A stretch of 32,000 nucleotides of DNA. Origin: Synechocystis sp. PCC 6803 substr. PCC-P (GTDB lineage Bacteria; Cyanobacteriota; Cyanobacteriia; Cyanobacteriales; Microcystaceae). The DNA lies in assembly GCF_000284455.1 (NCBI RefSeq), contig NC_017039.1:2430001-2462000 (forward strand), in the 5' to 3' direction. Below are positions 22,947-31,381 of the stretch, piece by piece. Position numbers and translations under genes: made by a program. Under the pieces are notes generated by a model. That model was not told where the DNA came from, ran no database searches, and worked only from the letters and a program-made list of their open reading frames with translations. Each line of letters starts with the position of its first letter. The stretch's first letter is position 1.

Positions 22947-23537
22947 ATGACTAGACCAATTTCCCTGGGCTTAGGAAAAATAGCGGGACTGGCGATCGCC
23001 TCTGGGCTAGTTTTAACCCAGTCCTACGGAAGTTTTGGGCCAGAGATGTCCATTGCTGAAGCGGGGGAATTACCGGGGGGAGTGCGTTTTTTTAGTCGTC
23101 CTCCCCAGTTGGTGGATAGTGTTACCACCTTCAATGCGGTGTCAATTCCGGCGGCGAAGTATTATTTCACTATTTCTCTGCCGGAACAGGCCGGTGAACC
23201 CCTCGACAGAGTTGTTTTTCAACAGCAACCTAACCCAGACCCAATTAATTTTTACCCGGAACAAACCTTTGCTTTTCTTGGCGATCGCCACAATCGGGGG
23301 TTCCAAGTTGCTCTGGAGTCGGTGGATTGGGACAGAGATACGGGAAAAATCACTGTAACTTTTGCCCAAACCATTTCCCCTGGGGAAACTGTCACCATTG
23401 GGCTAAAGCCCTGGAAGAATCCCGATGTGCCTGGAGTCTACCAATTTCGAGTTTTTGCCTTACCACCGGGGGAAAATTCCCAAGCCATGGATTTGGGGGT
23501 AGCCAGGTTTCAATTTTATCGGGGTGGAACCTGGTAA
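22947..23537 (+). CDS. Exported cyanobacterial hypothetical protein (DUF2808-like)
   Basis: The ATG at 22947 gives a signal-like N-terminus, MTRPISLGLGKIAGLAIASGLVLTQS. The ORF track's 22803 start would overlap the preceding gene by 106 nt, so it was not used. Confidence 0.6.
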   Translation: MTRPISLGLGKIAGLAIASGLVLTQSYGSFGPEMSIAEAGELPGGVRFFSRPPQLVDSVTTFNAVSIPAAKYYFTISLPEQAGEPLDRVVFQQQPNPDPINFYPEQTFAFLGDRHNRGFQVALESVDWDRDTGKITVTFAQTISPGETVTIGLKPWKNPDVPGVYQFRVFALPPGENSQAMDLGVARFQFYRGGTW

Positions 23538-23580
23538 CCGGGACATTGCCGGTCAACTATTCAGACATTGAGTGGGAATT

Positions 23581-24594
23581 CTATTTCAGATCCGCCAACT
23601 GAATACGGGGATCGGTAAATTTCAGCAGTAAGTCCGCCAGAAGATTACCAACGATGAGGAGAGTTGCCCCCATCATTAAACTGCCCATCACTAGATACAG
23701 ATCCTGGGCGGTGACTGCTTGGAGAATTAGACGACCTAAACCGGGCCAATTAAAGAAAAATTCGGCGATAAAAGCGCCACTGAGTAAGCTAGCAAATTCA
23801 AAGCCCAGAATGGTGATCAGAGGGTTGATGGCATTACGGAGGGCATGGACGTAAATGACCCGATTTTCGGGCAAACCCTTAGCCCTGGCAGTTTGAATGT
23901 AGTCCTGGCGCAACACATCAAGCAATTGGCCTCGCATCAACCTTTGTAATCCAGCAAAACTGGTGATGCTCAAAGCGAGGGTAGGTAAAATCATGTGCCA
24001 AGCCACGTCCCAAACCTTATGGGGCCAAGAAAATTCGGCAAAATCAATGCTGGTCATGTCCCCCACCGGCAACAGGGGTGAAACGGATTGGGCAAGAAAT
24101 AATAAAAGTAGGGCAGTGATAAAACTAGGAAATCCTTGGCCGATGTAGCTGATTACCCGCAAACTCCGGTCTATGAATGTGTTTTGCTGTACGGCCCCCA
24201 CAATGCCCAAGGGAATGGCGATCGCCCAGGTGAGAATGATAGATGTTATGGCTAGTAGTAGGGTGGCGGGAATCCGTTCTATTAGTAGGGAAGCAACGGA
24301 ACGGTTATAGACAAAGCTTTCACCAAAATTGAAACGGGTCACCACTTGGGTGAGCCAGCGCCAATATTGCACATACCAAGGTTGATCCAAGCCAAATTGA
24401 ACTTTTAGCTGTTGCAGGGTTTCTGGGGAAATTTTCGGATTTTGCTGGAGGGTGTCGAGATAACTGCCGGGGGCTAGCTGAACAATGGCAAAGCTTAATA
24501 GGGATGCTAGCAATAAGGTAATCAGCCCTTCTATCAACCGCTGGACAACATAGGCAAAGTCGTCATTTTGGAGCCAACGGAGGGGATTGCGCAT
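23581..24594 (-). CDS. ABC transporter permease, oligopeptide/dipeptide/nickel (OppB/DppB-like) family
   Basis: 337 aa with about six TM segments. The EAA-loop region QDYIQTARAKGLPENRVIYVHALRNAINP is typical of binding-protein-dependent permeases of the Opp/Dpp class. Confidence 0.82.
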   Translation of the reverse strand: MRNPLRWLQNDDFAYVVQRLIEGLITLLLASLLSFAIVQLAPGSYLDTLQQNPKISPETLQQLKVQFGLDQPWYVQYWRWLTQVVTRFNFGESFVYNRSVASLLIERIPATLLLAITSIILTWAIAIPLGIVGAVQQNTFIDRSLRVISYIGQGFPSFITALLLLFLAQSVSPLLPVGDMTSIDFAEFSWPHKVWDVAWHMILPTLALSITSFAGLQRLMRGQLLDVLRQDYIQTARAKGLPENRVIYVHALRNAINPLITILGFEFASLLSGAFIAEFFFNWPGLGRLILQAVTAQDLYLVMGSLMMGATLLIVGNLLADLLLKFTDPRIQLADLK

Positions 24595-24760
24595 GGATTA
24601 CTGAATTAAGAACTGCTGGTTAGATCCTATCTGGGGATTTTTCCTAGTCAATATAGCCTAAGCCTTTTCTTGGTGCAGATGCCGATCGCCAGGGAGCAAT
24701 GGGTCCTCGGAATCCGCTAAGGTTAGGAACGTATTTGTTTGACAGGAACTGAGCCGAACT

Positions 24761-26104
24761 ATGGGAGCTATCCAAGCCATTCGTGGAACCCGTGACATTT
24801 TGCCCCCGGAAACCAACTACTGGCAGTGGGTAGAGGCGATCGCCAAAAGCATTTTAGACCGGGCTTTGTATCAAGAAATTCGCACCCCAATTTTTGAGCA
24901 GACTTCCCTGTTTGAGCGGGGTATTGGGGAAGCCACAGATGTGGTGGGGAAGGAAATGTATAGTTTTACCGACCGGGGTGACCGCCCGATTACCTTGAGG
25001 CCAGAAGGCACAGCTGGGGTGGTGCGGGCCTATATTGAACAGAACTTACAGGCCGCTGGCGGAGTGCAAAGGCTGTGGTACACCGGGCCCATGTTCCGCT
25101 ACGAAAGACCCCAGGCGGGCAGACAACGGCAATTTCATCAATTGGGGGTAGAAGTGTTGGGCAGTGCCGATCCCAGGGCCGATGTGGAAGTTATCGCTTT
25201 GGGCACCGATATTCTCAAAGCCCTTGGTTTGAGTAACCTTTCCCTTGCCCTAAATTCCGTTGGTAACGGCGGCGATCGCCAAAGGTATCGGGAAGCTTTG
25301 ATCGCTTACTTAACTCCTTTTAAAGCTGAACTAGATCCCGACTCCCAAGATAGATTAGAGCGTAATCCCCTGAGAATTTTGGACAGCAAAGCCAAACGAA
25401 CCCAGGAAATTGTCCAGGATGCCCCCAGCATTTTGGATCATCTCGGAGTGGATTCCCAACGGCACTTTGACCAAGTGCAACAATTACTAACGAATTTGGG
25501 CATTGCCTACCAACTCACCCCTACCCTGGTGCGGGGTTTGGATTATTACACCCACACCGCTTTTGAAATTCAATCCAGCGATCTGGGGGCCCAGGCCACC
25601 GTTTGTGGCGGCGGTCGTTACGACGGCTTAGTGGCGGAATTGGGAGGCCCCGTTACCCCGGCCGTGGGTTGGGCCATGGGATTAGAGCGATTAATTATCC
25701 TTTTGCAACAAATGGCTACGCCCCCCGCTCCTAGCCCGGACTTGTACCTGATTTCCAAAGGGGAAAAGGCAGAACCCCAAGCGTTAATTCTGGCTCAAAA
25801 GTTACGCAATCAAGGTTTGGCCGTGGCTTTGGATCTAAGTGCTAGTGCCTTTGGCAAACAATTTAAACGGGCGGATAAATCCGGGGCGATCGCCTGTTTA
25901 GTACTGGGAGATGGGGAAATAGCAACGGGCACAGTACAGCTTAAATGGCTGGCCGATAAAGCCCAGGAAACCTTGCAGTTACAGGATTTAATGGGGAACA
26001 TTACGGAACTCAAACAACGTTTAGCGGGACATAGGGAAAAATACCCCCACCTCACCTCTAACTTTTCTGTGACTTGCCATGACCCCATGGACAATTTGGT
26101 TTAA
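24761..26104 (+). CDS. hisS: Histidine--tRNA ligase
   Basis: Class II aaRS motifs: MYSFTDRGDRPITLRPEGTAGVVRAY, YTGPMFRYERPQAGRQRQFHQLGVE, and GGGRYDGLV...AVGWAMGLERL. Confidence 0.93.
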   Translation: MGAIQAIRGTRDILPPETNYWQWVEAIAKSILDRALYQEIRTPIFEQTSLFERGIGEATDVVGKEMYSFTDRGDRPITLRPEGTAGVVRAYIEQNLQAAGGVQRLWYTGPMFRYERPQAGRQRQFHQLGVEVLGSADPRADVEVIALGTDILKALGLSNLSLALNSVGNGGDRQRYREALIAYLTPFKAELDPDSQDRLERNPLRILDSKAKRTQEIVQDAPSILDHLGVDSQRHFDQVQQLLTNLGIAYQLTPTLVRGLDYYTHTAFEIQSSDLGAQATVCGGGRYDGLVAELGGPVTPAVGWAMGLERLIILLQQMATPPAPSPDLYLISKGEKAEPQALILAQKLRNQGLAVALDLSASAFGKQFKRADKSGAIACLVLGDGEIATGTVQLKWLADKAQETLQLQDLMGNITELKQRLAGHREKYPHLTSNFSVTCHDPMDNLV

Positions 26105-27203
26105 AACCGACGATATCCCCAGTTGGCAACCGCTAGATTCCTGCCGCTCCTTGCCCGTGGGCCATTACCGTCTAGCGGCCCGATTGCCAGTGCCCCACAA
26201 ATATGTGCAATGGCGCTGGAAGTTTTTCTCCGCCACCGGCAAAGTGGAAAACCATGATTTCCAGGGCCGCACTAATCAAGACGGTCTGATTTCTCTGTTG
26301 GATTTGCACACTGTCCAACCGGGAACCTGGCAACTGAGTGCCCAACCAGACTTATTCGATCACCTTTGTGGAGAAACCTGGCAAATTCGTTTTCAATTCC
26401 AAATTGTTACCCCTGCCATCACCACGGTGACAGTACCGAAACTCAATACTGAACCAGAGGAATTGGAGCCGGAAGAAGAACAGAGCGTAACAGATGAGGC
26501 CAATAACTCCATTGTGCCCCATCCAAAGCGTCCTATGGTGGTGCCAGAGCTTGATCCAGAGCCGGTACCGGTACTGCAATGGCACAGAAAGGCAAGGGTG
26601 AAACTGACAGGGAATGGGGAAACGGAACCCGGTAAATCTCTAGAGACCACGGAAGTAACGGAAAACAGAGGGGAAATAATTGAAGAGCAAATTCCAGAAC
26701 CGCTGGCAATTACAGCGCCAACCATTGAAAAAATAGCTGAAGAGAAGGTGGAGGAGCCAATCCTCGAACCCGTGTTGGCGATCGCCGTTAATGTTGAAGC
26801 AGGGGAAGAACAAATAGAAGAAAAAATAAAGGAATCAGTACAGGAAGAAATGCCAGAGGCTTTGGTGGCTAGTGTTTTAGATGTTATTGAAGAAAAAGAG
26901 GAGGTAACGGACGATAAACAGCCAGAAGCCTTGGTAATAGTAGAGTCATCAACTGATACCGATGCCGAAGACAAGTTAGAAAAATCAGAGGGATTTAACC
27001 CTTTCCGTTCCGTCAGTTACTCTGTGGAGCTAATTTATCCAGAACTGGAAAATCCCATCCAAGTTGACATTACGGTGATGGTGGACGAAAATCGCCCGCC
27101 CGTGCATCTGGATTTACCCGATCCCAGCAAAATGGTTAGCCTACTGCACCGTCGTCCCCGTTATCCCAATTCCCCTCTACCGCCTCGGTTGACTAGTGCT
27201 TAG
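26079..27203 (+). CDS. Hypothetical protein: roughly 115-aa N-terminal domain plus a long acidic Glu/Pro/Ile-rich low-complexity region
   Basis: 374-aa ORF. Its ATG at 26079 overlaps the hisS 3' end by 26 nt. I recognise no family motif. Confidence 0.5.
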   Translation: MTPWTIWFKTDDIPSWQPLDSCRSLPVGHYRLAARLPVPHKYVQWRWKFFSATGKVENHDFQGRTNQDGLISLLDLHTVQPGTWQLSAQPDLFDHLCGETWQIRFQFQIVTPAITTVTVPKLNTEPEELEPEEEQSVTDEANNSIVPHPKRPMVVPELDPEPVPVLQWHRKARVKLTGNGETEPGKSLETTEVTENRGEIIEEQIPEPLAITAPTIEKIAEEKVEEPILEPVLAIAVNVEAGEEQIEEKIKESVQEEMPEALVASVLDVIEEKEEVTDDKQPEALVIVESSTDTDAEDKLEKSEGFNPFRSVSYSVELIYPELENPIQVDITVMVDENRPPVHLDLPDPSKMVSLLHRRPRYPNSPLPPRLTSA

Positions 27204-28108
27204 CCGAGTTCCAGACAGGCTAGGCCGTAGATGTTTTCCAAGGGAAGTTGGGGAGGATTGCCTTTATACATCCGCAAATTTAACAGAGTCAGTTCAAAGC
27301 CCCGTTCTTCCAACAGATAAATGGCATCTTGATTCACTTCTGGCACATCAATAAACACTGGCCCCTGGCGATCGCCAAGTAACACGTCCAACAAAGCCCC
27401 GGCTAAAGCAGTACTATCAGCCATCAGGGGGCCCAAACGCCAACCCTGGGGAAAACCATCTTCATCGTCGGGCAATAAACAGGGACGAATGCGGCCGTAA
27501 CCACAACAATCCCCCTGATCATCCAAAATTACCATCACCTTTCCCTCCGGCCGTCCCAACCATTCGTGCAAAAAGAGGGGACGAGGTGTAGCTTCGTGGC
27601 GGGCATCGTAGGCTAACACTTTGGCTTCTGTTAATTGGTCACCGGCCAAAAGTTGATAACCGAGGGGAAAATCCGGGGTAAAACTTGGCCGCACACAGGA
27701 GCGGCGATCGGCAGGGGGTAAACGATAACGACGGGTGTAATAGGCGGGACGAAAGCCCCATTTTTGGTAATCTTCCACCCTGGCTAGGGCTGCTTCCAGA
27801 CCAACGCACTGGACATTTTCCAAATGGGCGATCGCCGTTTGCCAGAGAGCCACCCCAAAACCCCGCCCCCGATATTCTGGTTGAACGAGAAATAAACCAA
27901 TAAAACCGTAATTTTCGTCATAACGAATGCCGGCAATGCAACCCACTGGGCTGCCTTCCCATTCCCCCACCCAAACGCCAGCGTCATCGGTGTCACAAAA
28001 AATCCCTACATCCCCTATGCCCGGACAAAATCCTTCCTGCTGGGCCCAACGGGTCACCAACGGGCGATCGGCAACTGCCATGGGACGAATACGGTAACTC
28101 AAACTCAT
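27200..28108 (-). CDS. GNAT-family N-acetyltransferase with a C-terminal YitH-like second domain
   Basis: 302 aa. Acetyl-CoA binding block LFLVQPEYRGRGFGVALWQTAI. ATG at 28106-28108. Confidence 0.78.
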   Translation of the reverse strand: MSLSYRIRPMAVADRPLVTRWAQQEGFCPGIGDVGIFCDTDDAGVWVGEWEGSPVGCIAGIRYDENYGFIGLFLVQPEYRGRGFGVALWQTAIAHLENVQCVGLEAALARVEDYQKWGFRPAYYTRRYRLPPADRRSCVRPSFTPDFPLGYQLLAGDQLTEAKVLAYDARHEATPRPLFLHEWLGRPEGKVMVILDDQGDCCGYGRIRPCLLPDDEDGFPQGWRLGPLMADSTALAGALLDVLLGDRQGPVFIDVPEVNQDAIYLLEERGFELTLLNLRMYKGNPPQLPLENIYGLACLELG

Positions 28109-28185
28109 CGGTTAATGGTGAAGAGTGCTCTTCACTGTAACGGGATGCCAAGGGAGTAATTTTTAATCTTTCGGGTTCTTGCGTT

Positions 28186-28884
28186 TTAACCTGGCCGGCG
28201 AAAAATAGGACGATAACTAGCTGCATCTTGATAGGTAATGGCGGTCCCTACCCAGCGATCCCAGTCGGCATTAGAACCATAAAGGTAGGCACTCCGCATG
28301 GAGGCAAAGGATGTTTCTAGGTCTGCCAAGTTCGCGGTTTCATAAATGGTGTGGTAGATTACAGGGTCCCGATCAAAGCTGGTATAACGACGGCAAGCGG
28401 CCCAGGTAGGCACATCCGCCATAATTTTAGGTAAATAGCTTTCTTCGTACCAGGCCCGAAATTCCGGTTCCGCCTCCGGTTTAACTTCAACGCTGACTTG
28501 GAAAAAAGGACGATTGCCAAAGATGCCATCCCAAGGACGGCGGGAATGGGCATAGGTTTGTTGGTAAGCTACCCGGCTTAGACCTTGTAATGCATTAACT
28601 TTCCAATGTTGCCATGTAGCGGTTTCCTCTTCCCGCCCTGGGCGAGACAGGGCAGAGTTAATCTGCTCCAAAGAAACATTGGGGGCTAATTCGTAGAACG
28701 TGAGCAAGCGTTTGCTGAACCACTTCAAACTGCCGGCCACTCCATATTCTTCGTAGCGACGGGCGGTAGTGATTTCAGGAACAACTTCTAATAATTTAGG
28801 AATGTAGTGATGGTGGTAAAACTCAGTAAATGCCGCTTCCGCTGCCGGGGCGATCCGTAAACTAATTACGAGAAGATTGACCAT
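28186..28884 (-). CDS. Hypothetical protein with two tandem copies of a roughly 100-aa ferredoxin-like / dimeric alpha-beta-barrel-type repeat
   Basis: Internal repeat: LLVISLRIAPAAEAAFTEFYHHHYIPKLLEVVPEITTARRYEEY versus FFQVSVEVKPEAEPEFRAWYEESYLPKIMADVPTWAACRRYTSF. The fold assignment is inference. Confidence 0.55.
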   Translation of the reverse strand: MVNLLVISLRIAPAAEAAFTEFYHHHYIPKLLEVVPEITTARRYEEYGVAGSLKWFSKRLLTFYELAPNVSLEQINSALSRPGREEETATWQHWKVNALQGLSRVAYQQTYAHSRRPWDGIFGNRPFFQVSVEVKPEAEPEFRAWYEESYLPKIMADVPTWAACRRYTSFDRDPVIYHTIYETANLADLETSFASMRSAYLYGSNADWDRWVGTAITYQDAASYRPIFRRPG

Positions 28885-29183
28885 GGATGGCTCCGAAGGG
28901 AAATGATAACAGGGTTAAGACCTAACAAAACGGCTACAATTAACCCCTTAAATAGTTGAAGATTGTGGCAAGGTTAAGGAGTAGCTGGACATTTTTCATT
29001 AGGACTCTGCTCTTTTGGCAACTGTTCTAGGATATTGATAAAATCAGCAATGCTCCGGAAACGCCCATAATACGGATATAGGCCACTCTATTTTCTTCCC
29101 GGAGATATTGCAACACCATTTGCCCGATCGCCATCGCCAAGGCGGATTTTTTGTCCAAATTTGGCTAGCCAAAATGGAATAGG

Positions 29184-30005
29184 TCATGGATTAGAAGAAA
29201 AAGAAGATTGGGTTAAGGATTTAATAATGGTGTTACTAGGGCGATCGCCAAGGTTTAATTCAGCCAAAATTAATTGGGCAATGACCTCGCTAAAATAGCT
29301 GGGAAAACGGTGCATTTCTTGGGCATGGTCTAACAAAAAAGTGTGGTAATAACACCCCAGGGATTTTTCCAATTTGATTAAACTATGAAAAAAATCCGGT
29401 AATTCCTTTAAACGGTGAGAATGATTCTGTTGGAGAATATTTAAAAAGTGGCGAAAATGGCTACCTTCATCCTGGACTAAATGTTGTCCCACACGACTCA
29501 ATACTTTGCCAAAAGGTTGATAATATTCCCGTAAATCCCGACGGTAAGAAAACATAGACCCCAATTCGTCAAAGACTAGGGTGCTAACAATGGTGAATTC
29601 ATCTTGTAAAACCCAATCAATTTGTTCCAGACTAGGCGATCGCCGCTGAAAATTGTCATCCATAGCGGCAAAATTTAGCTCAGATAAAAAGCGATAAACT
29701 CGCCGCAGAGCTTGATAATGTTTTTGTTCATCTCCCAGCCATCGGGGTAATAAAGCTAAAAAATCGTCGGATAAATCCTGTTGACGGGAGAGTAAATAGT
29801 TGTATAAAAACTTAGCATCACCTTCGGAATAAACATCTCGACTTAGTAAAAGGCAAAAATCATTCTTTAGATTGTTTTCTACATTATCCAAAATCTTAGT
29901 AGGGATTTGATAGTCGATGGGGATTAGTCTGTCCACATCCCAATTGTTTAAACAATTCCTTTGATTTCCCCTTATTTGACTATGTTTTAAACAAGTAATT
30001 TTCAC
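29184..30005 (-). CDS. Ferritin-like di-iron carboxylate protein (putative oxygenase/oxidase)
   Basis: 273 aa with the ligand pattern E61 ... E93-x2-H96 ... E147 ... E180-x2-H183 (SEGD, DEQKHY, FDELG, QDEGSHF). GTG start at 30003-30005 preceded by AGGGGGA 6 nt upstream. It begins 32 nt after the ATP-grasp gene stop. Confidence 0.6.
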   Translation of the reverse strand: MKITCLKHSQIRGNQRNCLNNWDVDRLIPIDYQIPTKILDNVENNLKNDFCLLLSRDVYSEGDAKFLYNYLLSRQQDLSDDFLALLPRWLGDEQKHYQALRRVYRFLSELNFAAMDDNFQRRSPSLEQIDWVLQDEFTIVSTLVFDELGSMFSYRRDLREYYQPFGKVLSRVGQHLVQDEGSHFRHFLNILQQNHSHRLKELPDFFHSLIKLEKSLGCYYHTFLLDHAQEMHRFPSYFSEVIAQLILAELNLGDRPSNTIIKSLTQSSFSSNP

Positions 30006-30037
30006 GACTATTCCCCCTATATTTTAGAAATCATAAG

Positions 30038-31381
30038 TTAACTAATAGACAAAAATTCTTCTGCTACAATATGGGGAATAATTAAACAATGACGCCCTGT
30101 AATACGAGCCGTATCTCCCCGCAAAATAATACCAGCGGCAACGTCATCAATAACCCAACTACCAACCATGTAATGGTAGTCAAATGCTTGGGGCAATTCG
30201 ATATATTCCTGGATAATAAAGCCCTCTTCACCATAGCCATAGGTTGGCCGTTTTTCCACTGCCCCAGCCCCTAACTCAATCGAAACACCGATGCCTTCCA
30301 TGCCTAAAAGGGGCTTACGAACGTGTAAACCTTCTAGTAATAGGCGGGTTGCTTCCAGGGAAATATCGCTTTCAAAATAGGTGGGCAGGAGATATTCAGC
30401 ATACTCACTATCTTTAAACTGTTGCCAAATTAAAGCCATGGTTCCTTTATTAGATAAAATTTGCTTCCATAAAGGTTCAATAACTTTTGCATCTCCTACG
30501 GCTAAGCGTTGCGCTAAGGCTTCAGTGCAACCAGCATTGGCCATATCATTTTGCAAATCTGACCAGTCATACATTTTCCACAAAATTGGAATTCTTTCGT
30601 TGGCATGGTCAATGAAATAACCATCTTCATCCAAACCTAATCCTCTCTGCATTAGTTGACCCCGTTCATCTTCTAAGCCCCGTAAATAAACCAATTGGGT
30701 GTAAACATTTTCATCCACTTCATCGTGGAGAATTTGGATTAATTGCATGGCCATTTCACTGTCTTCTTCCAGTTGCTCATCCACCAGAAAAGAAATGCCG
30801 GTGCGGAGTAAATCATATTCTTCATAAATCCTGCGCCATTGCCCAGCTGTTCTTTCCCAATATTCATTAAACTGACTGGCATTGGCTGGTAAGGCATAGG
30901 CCCCTTGATTGTGGTTGCGTTGGTAATCCACTAACCAATTCCATTGGTAAACGGTTTCTGCTCCTAATAGCGGGGTTTCTCCATTAATTTCAATCAATTT
31001 AATCTGACCATCTTCGGTGACTACTAGATCGAAACGGGTAGCTAAACTCAAGTCTTCCACCGGGTCGGTGCGATGCCAACTTTTTTTCAGAGCAGGCCAA
31101 TATTCAGGGCGAATTTTTAACTGGGCTAACCTTGCGTCAACGGCGGAATCATCATCTTCATCGAAAAACCAGTCCAGAAATTCCACACACATTTGCCAAA
31201 GTTTTTCACTCGCAATGGCGATCGCCGTTTCTTCTTGGGGGCTGAATTGGATGGCAAAGGGTTGGGGCAGGGCTTCCACCCAGTATTTTTGAGCTGGATC
31301 ACTGAGCACATCCGCTTGGTAAGCATTGTCCTGGATATGCTGGCGCCAGCGGGGACGACGACTAATTTTTATCGGTTGCAT
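30038..31381 (-). CDS. Glutathionylspermidine synthase-like ATP-grasp ligase without an amidase domain (YgiC/YjfC family)
   Basis: 447 aa, collinear with E. coli YgiC as I recall it. Shared blocks include RFDLVVTEDGQIKLIEINGETP, IEPLWKQILSNKGTMALIWQ, VRKPLLGMEGIGVSI, YGYGEEGFIIQEYIELP and YMVGSWVIDDVAAGIILRGD. Confidence 0.85.
   Translation of the reverse strand: MQPIKISRRPRWRQHIQDNAYQADVLSDPAQKYWVEALPQPFAIQFSPQEETAIAIASEKLWQMCVEFLDWFFDEDDDSAVDARLAQLKIRPEYWPALKKSWHRTDPVEDLSLATRFDLVVTEDGQIKLIEINGETPLLGAETVYQWNWLVDYQRNHNQGAYALPANASQFNEYWERTAGQWRRIYEEYDLLRTGISFLVDEQLEEDSEMAMQLIQILHDEVDENVYTQLVYLRGLEDERGQLMQRGLGLDEDGYFIDHANERIPILWKMYDWSDLQNDMANAGCTEALAQRLAVGDAKVIEPLWKQILSNKGTMALIWQQFKDSEYAEYLLPTYFESDISLEATRLLLEGLHVRKPLLGMEGIGVSIELGAGAVEKRPTYGYGEEGFIIQEYIELPQAFDYHYMVGSWVIDDVAAGIILRGDTARITGRHCLIIPHIVAEEFLSIS

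Noticed and set aside
26393-26974. 193-aa Ser/Thr-rich ORF on the minus strand
   Set aside because: It is the antisense reading of the GAA/GAG-rich acidic region of the plus-strand ORF (26079-27203). Mirror ORFs of this kind are expected in low-complexity purine-rich coding DNA, and it has no independent start context.
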